NCBI GenBank assembly: GCA_025453495.1
Contig: JALOQM010000001.1
Coordinates: 155,161-219,160, forward strand
DNA: 64,000 nt
Direction: 5' to 3'
Source of the DNA: Minisyncoccota bacterium
Lineage (GTDB): Bacteria; Patescibacteriota; Minisyncoccia; Phycocordibacterales; UBA9973
The notes beneath the pieces are model-generated. The model searched no databases, was not told the origin of the DNA, and saw nothing but the letters and a program-made list of their open reading frames with translations. The position numbers were made by a program, and so were the translations under genes. This document shows positions 1 through 9,906 of this stretch, piece after piece. Positions within the stretch are counted from its first letter, which is position 1, and every line of letters starts with the position of its first letter.

Positions 1-882
1 ACCAAGCTTCTTTCGCAGTATAACACCACCGTCCCTTTTTCGGCACTTTTGTCCTGTTCGACGATACGCCTCATGATGTAGGTGAAACCTACCACGTTCT
101 CCAGTAATAGTGCGATAATCAGACGTTGAATCTCCGGAGAAATCGATACCTTTTTTCAAAACTGTTTTCATTGCTGTAAACATACGTCGCATATTTTGCA
201 CGGGGATGTCTACTACTCGTTGTTCTGGATGTACGCCAGCATACCAGAGTATTTCATCAGAGTAGATATTGCCGATGCCGGCAATAACTGTCTGGTCCAT
301 AAGGGCGACTTTAATTTTTTGGTTTGGTTTTTTTGCAAGCACACTACTAAATTGCGTGAATGTAAACGCACGATCAAGTGGTTCAGGTCCGATTGCGCCA
401 AGATGCGAGGATGTGTCAATTGTGTGAGTATTCGCAAACACCAATTTGCCAAATTTTCTCGTATCAGAGAATGCAAGATGTTTGCCATTTGATAAAGAAA
501 ATAAGACATGAATAAAGCGATTGAAGGGATCTTCAAGTGGTCCTTTCTCATGAGGTTTCCAGGTGCCTGCTTTGAGTGAACTTGAAGGGTTTTTGTATGT
601 GTATTTTCCATAGAGAAGATGTCCTGTCATCTTCATGTGTATGAGCATCGTGACCTTTCCAGATAGATCGATCAAGATATTTTTTGCTCGACGTCTCACC
701 CGAAGCACCTTTTTGCCAATAATCGCATTTTTAAATGCAGCAAAATAGGCAGGATTTTTTATATCTTCATTCTTTTTGTTTGTGTGCGTCTGAAGATCAC
801 TCCAGATATCTATAATCTTGAGACCTGGGAGGACTTTTTGTAGTCCTGAAACTGTTGTGTGTACTTCTGGAAGCTCTGGCAT
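1..882 (-). CDS. mutM: Formamidopyrimidine-DNA glycosylase (Fpg/MutM), 3' end truncated by window edge
   Basis: Minus-strand translation from ATG at ~882 gives MPELPEVHTTVSGLQKVLPGLKIIDIW...HLLYGKY... and, near position 1, ...DYRTITGERGRFHLHHEAYRRTGQKCRKRDGGVILRKKLG (zinc-finger C-terminus). The open frame runs off the window start. Track ORFs 196..492 and 213..611 are out-of-frame artefacts inside this gene. Confidence 0.85.
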   Translation of the reverse strand, partial: MPELPEVHTTVSGLQKVLPGLKIIDIWSDLQTHTNKKNEDIKNPAYFAAFKNAIIGKKVLRVRRRAKNILIDLSGKVTMLIHMKMTGHLLYGKYTYKNPSSSLKAGTWKPHEKGPLEDPFNRFIHVLFSLSNGKHLAFSDTRKFGKLVFANTHTIDTSSHLGAIGPEPLDRAFTFTQFSSVLAKKPNQKIKVALMDQTVIAGIGNIYSDEILWYAGVHPEQRVVDIPVQNMRRMFTAMKTVLKKGIDFSGDSTSDYRTITGERGRFHLHHEAYRRTGQKCRKRDGGVILRKKLG

Positions 883-938
883 TTTTCTATTGTAGCAAAA
901 GCACACGCTCTAAAAGTATTTCTGCTATACTTACACTC

Positions 939-1484
939 ATGATTATTGGCATTACAGGCACTATTGGGGCAGGTAAAGGGACTGTCGCAAGGTATTTAGA
1001 AGAAAAAGGGTTCAAGAATTTTTCGGTACGGGAATTTCTTCTTGAGGAGCTTTCTAAACGCGGTCTCCCACACGATCGTGAACACATGACACCTCTTGCC
1101 AATGAACTCCGAAGGACGTACGGTCCAGCACACATTATCCAAACGTTGTATGCAAAAGCAGGGCAGTACACAGGCAACAGCATCATTGAGTCAATCCGCA
1201 ATGAAGGTGAGATACTATTCCTGAAAACAAAACCCGACTTTCATTTACTAGCTGTTGATGCTGATCAAAAAGTGCGCTACAACCGGATTGTACTCCGCGG
1301 AAGTACGACGGATGCCGTCACCTTTGAAACATTCCAGGCACAAGAAGAGAAGGAATCGAAAGGAGTAAATCCCTGGGAGCAGAACCTCAGTGTATGTATC
1401 GCCAATGCAGATGCCATTTTTGTGAATAATGGAACGTTTGATGAACTCAAATTGCAAGTAGAAAAGTACCTAGATATGCAGTGA
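939..1484 (+). CDS. P-loop kinase (dephospho-CoA kinase / nucleotide kinase-like)
   Basis: Internal start MIIGITGTIGAGKGTVARYL has a Walker A GxxxxGKGT; about 180 aa; the upstream part of track ORF 855..1484 overlaps the mutM start and is probably not translated. Confidence 0.5.
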   Translation: MIIGITGTIGAGKGTVARYLEEKGFKNFSVREFLLEELSKRGLPHDREHMTPLANELRRTYGPAHIIQTLYAKAGQYTGNSIIESIRNEGEILFLKTKPDFHLLAVDADQKVRYNRIVLRGSTTDAVTFETFQAQEEKESKGVNPWEQNLSVCIANADAIFVNNGTFDELKLQVEKYLDMQ

Positions 1485-1620
1485 CAAAAAAATTTTCAAA
1501 GTCACTTTAATTTAAAAAAGCTCTGCATTGGTCGAGAATTGAGCTAAAGGTATGTATTGTATTACGTTCTATTGTTAATTTCATAAAATAAGTAATCGCA
1601 TATTTTTGTGAAAAAAACGA

Positions 1621-2193
1621 TCATGCTTTACCTAGAATTTTGAGCGCCTCTTTTACTCGCGCACTTGTATCAGTAATTTCTGATGAAACTTCTTTGAGCG
1701 CATCGCGCGCTTCTTGTTGGGAGTAGCCGAGAGAACGGAGTGCTTCAAGTGCGTCTGTCTCTGTGCGTGTTATGACACCACTTGCGTCTTTGTGCTCAGT
1801 AAGTTTGTCACGAAGTTCAATGATTATCTTCTCGGCAGTTTTTTTGCCGATACCAGACACTTTTGTCAGGTATGAGGTGTCGCCCGAGGCAATAGCTTTT
1901 TTGAGGCTGGCAACAGAACCGACAGCGACGATGCCAAGTGCACCCTTTGGGCCGATACCCGAAACATCAAGAAGCATTTCAAAAAAAGAAAGTTCTTCAA
2001 GTGAATCAAAGCCATAGAGCTCCATGGCATTTTCTCGGACAGCAAGATAAGTGAAGAATGTTCCGCGGTCATTGTTCTTTGATCGAGTGAGTGTCTCTGG
2101 TATGGTGTACACTTTGTACCCAATACCACCGACATCAATAATAAGATATTTATCGGTACGCAAGCGTATAGTGCCGTCTAGGTAGGAAATCAT
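1621..2193 (-). CDS. ruvA: Holliday junction DNA helicase RuvA
   Basis: 190 aa; the ...LLDVSGIGPKGALGIV...VSGIGKKTAEKII... helix-hairpin-helix pair and overall RuvA layout. Confidence 0.9.
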   Translation of the reverse strand: MISYLDGTIRLRTDKYLIIDVGGIGYKVYTIPETLTRSKNNDRGTFFTYLAVRENAMELYGFDSLEELSFFEMLLDVSGIGPKGALGIVAVGSVASLKKAIASGDTSYLTKVSGIGKKTAEKIIIELRDKLTEHKDASGVITRTETDALEALRSLGYSQQEARDALKEVSSEITDTSARVKEALKILGKA

Positions 2194-2293
2194 GTATCTT
2201 AGTATATATGAAATACAGACAGTTTCCCATGGCGGTATTGATTGCGCTTTTGTCTAGTATTTGGTATGCTACTGTGCATTAATCAATTCAATT

Positions 2294-2545
2294 ATGCCAA
2301 TCACCAAATCAGCAAAAAAGGCGCTCCGTTCATCCCTTAAGAAAAAGATGGTCAATGATCGTGTCAAAAGAGCGATGAAAGATTCTATAAAGAAAGTCGC
2401 GAAGCTTGTCAAAGAAAAAAAGGCGGAGGCAAAAGAATTTGTCCCAGCTGCGTATAAAGCGATCGACAAGGCACTCAAAAAAGGTGTCATCAAGAAGAAC
2501 AACGCCGCACGGAAGAAGTCATCTGTTTCGAGGATGACTAAATAA
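2294..2545 (+). CDS. rpsT: 30S ribosomal protein S20
   Basis: MPITKSAKKALRSSLKKKMVNDRVKRAMKD... is a lysine-rich S20 signature; 83 aa from an internal ATG of track ORF 2261..2545. Confidence 0.9.
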   Translation: MPITKSAKKALRSSLKKKMVNDRVKRAMKDSIKKVAKLVKEKKAEAKEFVPAAYKAIDKALKKGVIKKNNAARKKSSVSRMTK

Positions 2546-2548
2546 CAA

Positions 2549-2579
2549 AAAGTCCCGCTTTATGCGGATTTTTTGTATG
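2549..2579 (+). terminator. Rho-independent terminator after rpsT
   Basis: Hairpin TCCCGC-TTTAT-GCGGA followed by a T-run. Confidence 0.5.
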
Positions 2580-2790
2580 ACTCCTCCACTCGTTCCTGCT
2601 TCAGCAACACTACTCACTACGAAAGAAAGCCGGTGTGGCATGAGTATTTGAATACACCAAATGGCGTATATCCGTGTTTCACAAAGACGGTCGGGCAAAA
2701 AAGAACACTGAACCGTAAAATGAGTACAGTCATAACAATAAGCGGAGCAAGATACTACAGCTTCTTTTTTGAAAATGATATACTTTTTCT

Positions 2791-3054
2791 ATGAGACACT
2801 TGTATGAATTTTATGGTACCGAATGCCCGCACTGCATCGACATGCGAACACTTGTTGAGAAACTAAAGAAAGAAGAAAAGATCGAAATTGAAAGTCTTGA
2901 GGTTTGGCACAATGATGAGAATATGAAAAAGCTCGAATCAATGGATAAAGATATGTGCGGTGGGGTGCCTTTCTTTATCAATACACAGACAAACAAATTC
3001 ATCTGTGGTGAAGCAAGTTACGAAGAGTTAAAAGCCTGGGCAAAAGGAGAATAA
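2791..3054 (+). CDS. Thioredoxin/glutaredoxin-like small redox protein
   Basis: 87 aa with a CPHC (CxxC) motif near the N-terminus; thioredoxin-fold-like length. Confidence 0.6.
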   Translation: MRHLYEFYGTECPHCIDMRTLVEKLKKEEKIEIESLEVWHNDENMKKLESMDKDMCGGVPFFINTQTNKFICGEASYEELKAWAKGE

Positions 3055-3088
3055 GACTTTTTAAAATATACAAAGTAGGCAGAAATTG

Positions 3089-3664
3089 TTAGACACTCTT
3101 TGCTGATCTCTTTTTTCTTTTTACATACCAAAGAATCATGACAAATGAGATAGTTGCTGTCGCGACCATAATACCAATGAGCGCAGTGAAACCAAATATC
3201 CCAGCGACAAAACCTCCGATAAATGCTGCGACACCTTGAAAGATGTCTTTGAGTGCTTCAAACTGCCCCCATTGATATGTCTCGACTGCATCTATTGTAT
3301 TGTCTTCAAGTTCAGCATCAAAAGCAGGGTCAGCAATTGCATTGCCAAGTGCAGCCAATACTTGCGCGATAAAGAGCGTTGTGATATTTGAGATAATAAA
3401 GTACGCTCCAATACCCACAAGCCAAATAAACCATCCGAAGGTAAGTAGCAAGAATCTATTTTTTTGACTCCATTGTAGTCGATGAATGAGCAGGGTTGAG
3501 ATACCTGAAATGATATAAAAGACCGCGACTGCGCCTGAAGCTTCAAGGATATCACCACCGATTTTTTGTACGAAGATGGCGTAAATTGGGATAATGATAC
3601 CTTCAGAGAAAGTTGATAGACCGTACGAGGAAATAAGAAGACGGAAAAAAAATTTTGATTTCAT
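3089..3664 (-). CDS. Polytopic membrane protein (MFS half-transporter-like, about 6 TM)
   Basis: 191 aa with several hydrophobic segments and a C-terminal KRKKRSAKS tail. Confidence 0.4.
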   Translation of the reverse strand: MKSKFFFRLLISSYGLSTFSEGIIIPIYAIFVQKIGGDILEASGAVAVFYIISGISTLLIHRLQWSQKNRFLLLTFGWFIWLVGIGAYFIISNITTLFIAQVLAALGNAIADPAFDAELEDNTIDAVETYQWGQFEALKDIFQGVAAFIGGFVAGIFGFTALIGIMVATATISFVMILWYVKRKKRSAKSV

Positions 3665-3825
3665 ATAAGTAGTATATATTACTTTTGCATGAGATATAAG
3701 ACATGAAATAAGATGTATAGATGCATTTTTTCATATTTTCAAATTAATACAAGTATGTTGTTGTAACGTATAGATTTTAGAATCACAAACAGTATATATT
3801 CGCAAATAAAAAAAGGAGGACAATA

Positions 3826-5076
3826 ATGCATGACCCGTATGCGGAATTTACTAAGCATGTTCTGAAAAATGGACTTGAAGTCCATTTTCAATCCTTGAAT
3901 TGTCCATGGATCAGAATAGAAATCGTCGTTCACAGTGGTGGACGAGAAGATCCAGTAGCGATACCTGGACTTGCTCACTTCGTAGAACACCTCGTTAGTC
4001 AAAATATTCCTAACAGAGAATTTAATCATGTAAGAGAGTTTTTTGAAAACTGCGGCGGTTCGGCTCATTTTGGTACCATAGACTATCTATCGACTCAATA
4101 TGGTTTCTTTATTCCAGCTGATCTCGCTATTCTCCGTGAGGTGCTCGAAATTTTTGGTTCAATGCTACTCCAAGCAAGAATTGAAAAGGACATTGAACGC
4201 GAGAGAGAAGTAATCTCACGTCAATTTAATGAAAAATATCCAATTGCCGAAATACTAGAGCTTCAAATAGATATGTACAGAACTCTCTTCAAAGGACATC
4301 GACTTGAAACATGGAATGCACCAATTGGTCGCCCGGAAGGATTTCTTTCGGCAACACAAGGTGACTTACAAAATTTCTACGATACACACTATGTTCCAGC
4401 AAATATGAGCCTAGTTATTATCAGTGGTATCAAAATTGCAGAGATGATAGCTGAACTTGAAAAGAGTCCGCTTGGAATCAAGAAAGATGGTAATCGGAAT
4501 CCAATTTCTAAGGGATGTAATAAGCCTTTAATTTCCGAGCAAAAAACAAGAACCCTAAAGTTTTCTGATTTTTCTAACCTTACGGTTAACCAAATAACAT
4601 ATAGAGTAACATGGGCTCTTCCACCTTCCTTTCACGGACAAGTCTGTAGAATTTTTAGTTTGGTTCTTGATGAGATTTTGTTTAGTGAAATTCGTGAAAA
4701 ACGAAGTCTTACCTACGATATCCATACTTCATATACGTCTTTTCAAGATATATACGAGTATACGATTGTTGGAAGAATTAATCCTGATGCCTCATCATAC
4801 ATTGAAGAACTTGTATATGAATGTATCTCGTTGGTTTCATCAAGACGTGAGTTATTTGATCGAAAATGTAAGTCACTCAAGCAGAGATGTTTTATGGTTG
4901 ATCTTGTTGGGTGGGAATTAGCTCGATTCGCAGCTGAAGATTTAATTGTCCGTCATCGAATTCTTCTAATACAGGAAGGTTTAGATGAATTGAATGGAGT
5001 GACATTTGACATGATTGTTGCATTTGCAACATTTCTTGCTTCTGCACCAAAGTACACATTTATCACGGTTCCATAA
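3826..5076 (+). CDS. M16 (pitrilysin/insulinase) family zinc peptidase
   Basis: HFVEHL inverted zinc-binding motif (HxxEH) near the N-terminus; 416 aa. Confidence 0.7.
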   Translation: MHDPYAEFTKHVLKNGLEVHFQSLNCPWIRIEIVVHSGGREDPVAIPGLAHFVEHLVSQNIPNREFNHVREFFENCGGSAHFGTIDYLSTQYGFFIPADLAILREVLEIFGSMLLQARIEKDIEREREVISRQFNEKYPIAEILELQIDMYRTLFKGHRLETWNAPIGRPEGFLSATQGDLQNFYDTHYVPANMSLVIISGIKIAEMIAELEKSPLGIKKDGNRNPISKGCNKPLISEQKTRTLKFSDFSNLTVNQITYRVTWALPPSFHGQVCRIFSLVLDEILFSEIREKRSLTYDIHTSYTSFQDIYEYTIVGRINPDASSYIEELVYECISLVSSRRELFDRKCKSLKQRCFMVDLVGWELARFAAEDLIVRHRILLIQEGLDELNGVTFDMIVAFATFLASAPKYTFITVP

Positions 5077-5095
5077 AAAAGTAATGATACAACAA

Positions 5096-5133
5096 AGACC
5101 GCCGAGGTTAAACACTCGACGGTCTCTTTTATT
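5096..5133 (+). terminator. Rho-independent terminator after the M16 peptidase gene
   Basis: GACCGCCGAG...CTCGACGGTC hairpin (one mismatch) followed by TTTTATT. Confidence 0.5.
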
Positions 5134-5134
5134 G

Positions 5135-5206
5135 TGCCCTCGCCAGGAATCGAACCTGGATCGCAAGCTCCGCAAGCTAGCATTCTATCCATTAAACTAC
5201 GAGGAC
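5135..5206 (-). tRNA. tRNA-Arg (anticodon read as GCG; one U-U mismatch in the anticodon stem)
   Basis: Minus-strand sequence GTCCTCGTAGTTTAATGGATAGAATGCTAGCTTGCGGAGCTTGCGATCCAGGTTCGATTCCTGGCGAGGGCA. Acceptor 7 bp, D-loop with GG, T-loop TTCGATT, anticodon loop TTGCGGA. CCA is not encoded. Confidence 0.7.
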
Positions 5207-5253
5207 GATTTTTTCTCGAACGGAGTTATATTAGCACAGCCTTGATTTTGAGG

Positions 5254-5805
5254 CTAGAAGCCAAGGTAGTCCATAATTTTGTGAGCTGTTGGCTCATCCC
5301 TATGCTCTTCTGGGAGATACACAGAGAGTACTTCACGTACACGAACTGGATCAGTGTCACCAAGCGGCACACTGATGAGCGGCACTACTGAACGGTTTGA
5401 CATAACAAAGAGAATACTCTCAGCTTCTTTCTCTAGAATAAAAAATGATTTCAATCTTGCGTAGGGATATTTTTCTCGTCCAAGCTCGACATCTTTTGCA
5501 GTAATTTTAAATAGGATCGTTTCAGGTGAGCGGACAGCAAGAAATCCCAAAACCAAGGCAGCAAGTATGATGAATATTGCGAAAAGATAATTTTTATAGA
5601 TGATCGCGGTAACTGCGCTTGCGACAGCAATGACACCAAGCGCCCAAAACCAGTCGACTGATCGATTTTTCTCACGATATTCTGGAGCTGACCATTCGAG
5701 TGTTGGTTTTTCTTCCATACATACTAACTGTAGCAAATCGTTTTCCGAAAGACTAGGTACTATACAAAACAAAAAGCCCGTAAGGGCTTTTTGTTTTAGT
5801 GCCAT
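5254..5805 (-). CDS. Hypothetical membrane protein
   Basis: 183-aa ORF with two adjacent TM helices (WFWALGVIAVASAVTAIIY..LFAIFIILAALVLGFLAV); the true start may be internal (MEEKPTLEW). Confidence 0.4.
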   Translation of the reverse strand: MALKQKALTGFLFCIVPSLSENDLLQLVCMEEKPTLEWSAPEYREKNRSVDWFWALGVIAVASAVTAIIYKNYLFAIFIILAALVLGFLAVRSPETILFKITAKDVELGREKYPYARLKSFFILEKEAESILFVMSNRSVVPLISVPLGDTDPVRVREVLSVYLPEEHRDEPTAHKIMDYLGF

Positions 5806-5832
5806 GTCGATAGCAACGGTCTGTAGTATACA

Positions 5833-6606
5833 CTATTCTGTTTTTTCAGGGAAGGCTAGTTTGAGATCTTCCTTTGCTTTTTCAAGAGTTATTTTGAAAT
5901 CTTGTGCTGCTTGTCTAAAACTCTCATTACGGACTTCAATGAGTGGCTTTAGTACTTCGCCACGTTTTTCGAGTGCTTTTCTATCAGCTTGTAGCTTCTC
6001 TTTTGCGGTTTTGGCGCTCGTCATGAGAACCTCCTTTACTGTTTTTGGGTCGACGCCAGCTTGACAATCAGCAACTGCCTTATCCTGTGCTGCCTGCATT
6101 GCCACTTTGAACTCACTAATCATAGTGTCTACTTCTGTTCTTTGTGATACGACAGCACTGTCGACGCTGTCACGATAGAGTGCAATCGCACTGTCGATCG
6201 CACTCTTGCGAGTTGCGAGAGCGGATGCAAATGTAGATTTAAATGTCGAAACTGCTGCTTTTTGCTCGTCAGTTGTCGCACGAGCTTCAAGCTTTGCAAA
6301 ATGCTCGTTTATATTTTCATCTCTTTCGAGACGTTTTTCTGCAAGTTTCGCATCGCGCTCTTTCCATCTGTCTTCTATTTTTATTTCATTTTGATCACGG
6401 CGTGCTTTGAGCTGTGTCTCTTGCGCATACATGCGCTCTTTTGAGTTTACGCCAAATGTTGTGACGCGTGCACAAATATTTTTTCCTTCAGGGCGTGCGC
6501 CTCCACGCGGTGGCAGTTCATTTGCAAAAGCGAGTGCTGGAGCGAGGAACTGGACTGCGACGAGGAGTGCAATAGTTTTTTTAAACATATTAGATACTAT
6601 TTTCAT
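5833..6606 (-). CDS. Secreted coiled-coil protein (signal peptide plus charged alpha-helical repeats)
   Basis: N-terminal MKIVSNMFKKTIALLVAVQFLAPALAFA signal peptide followed by a K/E/A-rich coiled-coil-like sequence. Confidence 0.5.
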   Translation of the reverse strand: MKIVSNMFKKTIALLVAVQFLAPALAFANELPPRGGARPEGKNICARVTTFGVNSKERMYAQETQLKARRDQNEIKIEDRWKERDAKLAEKRLERDENINEHFAKLEARATTDEQKAAVSTFKSTFASALATRKSAIDSAIALYRDSVDSAVVSQRTEVDTMISEFKVAMQAAQDKAVADCQAGVDPKTVKEVLMTSAKTAKEKLQADRKALEKRGEVLKPLIEVRNESFRQAAQDFKITLEKAKEDLKLAFPEKTE

Positions 6607-6904
6607 TTATCGATTGATCAAATCCAGTAGTGTCATCCGCTGGAATTTGATCCGTTTCGGATGCTGCATATTGATCTTCATTGCCGGTCGATCGGTCGAT
6701 TGCTTCAAAGAGATCGTTGACACTTCCTGTGGCTCTTGGAAGTTCTGCGTGTATTGTTGAAGTATTGTTTTCAGCCTGCCCTGTTTGTGTATCGCTACGA
6801 TTTACGGTGCCACGCGGCCCTCTGTGTATGAGGACTACAATGATGACGATAGCTATAGCAGCGATAAGAGTAAGAAGTATTTTAAATTTTGATGTCATAT
6901 GCAC
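6590..6904 (-). CDS. Small N-terminally membrane-anchored protein
   Basis: MHMTSKFKILLTLIAAIAIVIIVVLI TM anchor followed by a polar tail; overlaps the previous gene by 17 nt. Confidence 0.35.
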   Translation of the reverse strand: MHMTSKFKILLTLIAAIAIVIIVVLIHRGPRGTVNRSDTQTGQAENNTSTIHAELPRATGSVNDLFEAIDRSTGNEDQYAASETDQIPADDTTGFDQSINENSI

Positions 6905-7032
6905 ACTATTTTATAATTTGATCGATCACATTATTTCTAATAATCAGAGGTCCGACCAAGGCCCTCTTCTCTTACTGACGATTGTACCCTACACTTTATG
7001 ACAATACAAAGTTTTATTTCTGTGGTCTAATT

Positions 7033-7185
7033 TTATTGGACCTCAATGCCATTATCACGCATGCCGGCGTCACTATCAGTTTTGGTTTGTGGGACAAAAG
7101 TATTTTTCTTCTGGTTACTTTTGACCATGACAACAGCGATAGCAAAGATGATAAAGAGTATAACAATGATTATTTTTTTGATCAT
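7033..7185 (-). CDS. Small membrane protein (about 50 aa), similar N-terminal anchor to 6590..6904
   Basis: Hand translation MIKKIIIVILFIIFAIAVVMVKSNQKKNTFVPQTKTDSDAGMRDNGIEVQ*; absent from the ORF track (too short). Confidence 0.25.
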   Translation of the reverse strand: MIKKIIIVILFIIFAIAVVMVKSNQKKNTFVPQTKTDSDAGMRDNGIEVQ

Positions 7186-7214
7186 GGTTTGATTATAGTC
7201 CTCTGGTATACTAT

Positions 7215-8363
7215 GTGTCTATGCAATCTGATATATATACTGCATCTGTAGAGCTGCATGCAAAACATGGCGGCAAGCTCGAAACAAAGAGCAAAATTCC
7301 GCTTACGACAAAAGAAGCACTTTCTTTGGCATATACGCCAGGTGTGGCGGAGGTATCACGACGAATCGCGACCGATCCGTCACTCGCTCGAAGCCTTACA
7401 CTAAAAGGCAATACAATTGCGGTGGTAACTGATGGCTCAGCGATTCTCGGACTTGGTGATCTCGGACCACTTGCTGCACTACCGGTCATGGAAGGGAAGG
7501 CTGCGATTTTCAAGGAATTTGGTGGCGTAGACGCATTTCCGATTTGTCTTACTACACAAGATCCCGAAGAGATTATTGCAATAGTTAAAAATATCGCGCC
7601 GACATTTGGTGGTATCAACCTCGAAGACATTTCCGCGCCAAAATGCTTCATGATTGAGGAGCGTCTACGTGCCGAACTTCCGATCCCTGTGATGCACGAT
7701 GATCAGTGGGGAGCAGCGACAGTCACACTTTCGGCACTTATTAATGCACTTTCGCTTCGCGGACTTACCAAAGAAGAAGCACGAGTGGTTGTAAATGGTG
7801 TCGGCGCTGCTGGTGTGGCTATTGGAAGACTCCTGCATGTGTACGGTATAGTGAATACTATTTTTTGTGACAGTAAAGGGATTATTCACGCTGGTCGTAG
7901 TGATCTCACAAAAGAAAAGAAAGAATTGCTAGATGGCAGCGCTCTTTTGCTAAGTGAAGGATCGCTTGCTGATGCACTAGCTGGTGCGCATGTATTCATC
8001 GGTGTTTCAAAGGCCGGTGCTCTTACTCAGGCTATGGTTCGCACAATGGCGCTGCACCCAATCATTTTCGGTCTTGCAAATCCGACGCCCGAGATCATGC
8101 CTGATGAGGCAAAGGCAGCTGGAGCATTTATTGTTGCGACTGGGCGATCTGATTTTCCAAACCAGATTAACAATTCGCTTGTATTTCCTGGGGCATTTCA
8201 AGGTATGCTTCGGGCTGGTATTCCTCAATTTTCAAATGCTGTCTTTATCAGAATTGCAGAAGCACTCGCGCGGTCTGTCAATACTCCTTCACCAGAAAAA
8301 ATTCTGCCATCAATGTTTGATGAAGGAGTCGTTGCGTTGGTGTCTGAGACAGTACAGGGATAG
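7215..8363 (+). CDS. NAD(P)-dependent malic enzyme (short bacterial form)
   Basis: 382 aa; ...LSLAYTPGVA...VVTDGSAILGLGDLG...FGGINLEDI... motifs; an NAD-binding GVGAAG is present. Confidence 0.9.
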   Translation: MSMQSDIYTASVELHAKHGGKLETKSKIPLTTKEALSLAYTPGVAEVSRRIATDPSLARSLTLKGNTIAVVTDGSAILGLGDLGPLAALPVMEGKAAIFKEFGGVDAFPICLTTQDPEEIIAIVKNIAPTFGGINLEDISAPKCFMIEERLRAELPIPVMHDDQWGAATVTLSALINALSLRGLTKEEARVVVNGVGAAGVAIGRLLHVYGIVNTIFCDSKGIIHAGRSDLTKEKKELLDGSALLLSEGSLADALAGAHVFIGVSKAGALTQAMVRTMALHPIIFGLANPTPEIMPDEAKAAGAFIVATGRSDFPNQINNSLVFPGAFQGMLRAGIPQFSNAVFIRIAEALARSVNTPSPEKILPSMFDEGVVALVSETVQG

Positions 8364-8416
8364 TGCATTACCATAGCACTGTTGACACATATAATCTCAA
8401 ATAGCACAATATAATT

Positions 8417-9290
8417 ATGAATCAAGAAGTTGCGCCGTATAGCACAGGAGTGCTGACCGCTACGCCGGAGGTACCTGAATCTCATACACAAGAAGCGTCA
8501 CTTATGCCGCAGCTGTGCTTACGACTCTTGCCTCAAAAGTAGTGAATATGACTCACGACTCGATACTCTTATAAGAAGCAGAGATGACACAGCAGCAAAA
8601 TTGGCTAGTGTTTGGCAAATGCTCAACCTGCCACCACTCACGGAGATACCACCGAGTCTCAAGCATATTGAAGGTAAGATACATGAGATCAACGAGGAAA
8701 AAGCAACATCGAGAAACGCACTCGTGAAATTATGGCACAAGAAGAGAAACAGGCGCTCGTTAGTATGGAAGAGACACGTCTTATCAATGAGGAGATCGCC
8801 CGATTAAGAAAAAAATTTCTTTCGCTTGATAGAGAGAGGTAGTCACTCATTCTTGCTACCGGACGTATCCCATCTGGTGTCGAGCTGATTCTCCCGCGGG
8901 AAATACAGATGTCTCAGACCGAACAGGTTAAGATGTTTATCACTTGCGTACTAGAAGAGGAGCCCATCACGGAAAAAGACATTGCGGATGAGTCGGAAAC
9001 ATTTCGAGCCATGGAAGTATCTGTACGGAAAACCACCGAAGAGAATGTCGATACTGTGGTTTCACGCCTTGAAGCAGGGTCATCGGATATATTGACGGAT
9101 ATCGCCGCGCGGTGCTTTGTGAAGTTGACGAACTGCTTATAGGCTGTGAAGGAGGAAGTTGTGCTCCCGAATCGTTTTTGCAGCGTATAGAAGAACAAAA
9201 TCAAGAAACAGAAAAAGCACAGTCTGCTACAGAACAAATTGTGCAGACGTATACTCCGAACACACAATCAAATTAATTTTTTTTTCAGCA
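8417..9290 (+). pseudogene. Degraded coding region: several short mutually out-of-frame ORFs
   Basis: Only 35-80-aa ORFs in three frames (e.g. 8601..8807, 8909..9142, and a 37-aa coiled-coil ORF at ~8731). Adjacent frames continue sensible peptide across stops. No intact gene in about 0.9 kb. Confidence 0.25.
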
Positions 9291-9302
9291 CTCAACGTGC
9301 TA

Positions 9303-9755
9303 TTAGTGTGGACGTGATGTACCAAGGAGTGTCGTAAATGGGTCAATGGAGATGCCACCGGAGAAATCCCCGAAGCGTGCCCACTTCGGCGTGATCTTGA
9401 TGAATCGGATGTTTGAGTGGAGTGTTTCAATCGGCGCGGTTTTCCCTTTGAGTGTTTGTTCGAGGAGTTTGATGTATATATCCTTAGCGCCGTTCAATTC
9501 TTCTATTTCCTCCGCTATGCCGGTCATCTGAAGCGTCTGGGCAGGCTCTGTCGAATATACGACAAAGGTTACTTCAGGCTGTTCTTTTATGTTTTCGAAT
9601 TTTGTGCTATTGGTGCGGGTATTGAAGTACAGGTGCAAACCATCGTCAAATGTATAATACACAGCCGCTGACTCCATGCCGTGTGAACCGCGCGTCGATA
9701 TGACGCCGATAGTATTTTTTTTGAGAAAGTCGCGTACGTCTTCCGGGATATCCAT
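9303..9755 (-). CDS. Pyridoxamine 5'-phosphate oxidase-like FMN-binding protein (general stress protein 26-like)
   Basis: 150 aa; N-terminal ...FLKKNTIGVISTRGSHGMESAAVYYTFDDGLHLYFNT... is typical of the PNPOx-like split-barrel fold. Confidence 0.65.
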   Translation of the reverse strand: MDIPEDVRDFLKKNTIGVISTRGSHGMESAAVYYTFDDGLHLYFNTRTNSTKFENIKEQPEVTFVVYSTEPAQTLQMTGIAEEIEELNGAKDIYIKLLEQTLKGKTAPIETLHSNIRFIKITPKWARFGDFSGGISIDPFTTLLGTSRPH

Positions 9756-9906
9756 ATAGGCACATTGTACGGATCTCTATGTCAGTTGTCGAGCATACTG
9801 GTTGTTTTCGGCAAAAGTAGAGAGTATTGAGAATATGTGGTTTTCTCGTATGTGGTAATTATTGGCACGATATATACAATCTTTTTATAGTAAGCCCAGG
9901 TGTTCC

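Noticed and set aside
196-611. Track ORFs 196..492(+) and 213..611(-)
   Set aside because: Both lie in wrong frames inside the clearly recognisable mutM coding sequence, which spans 1..882 on the minus strand in a different frame.
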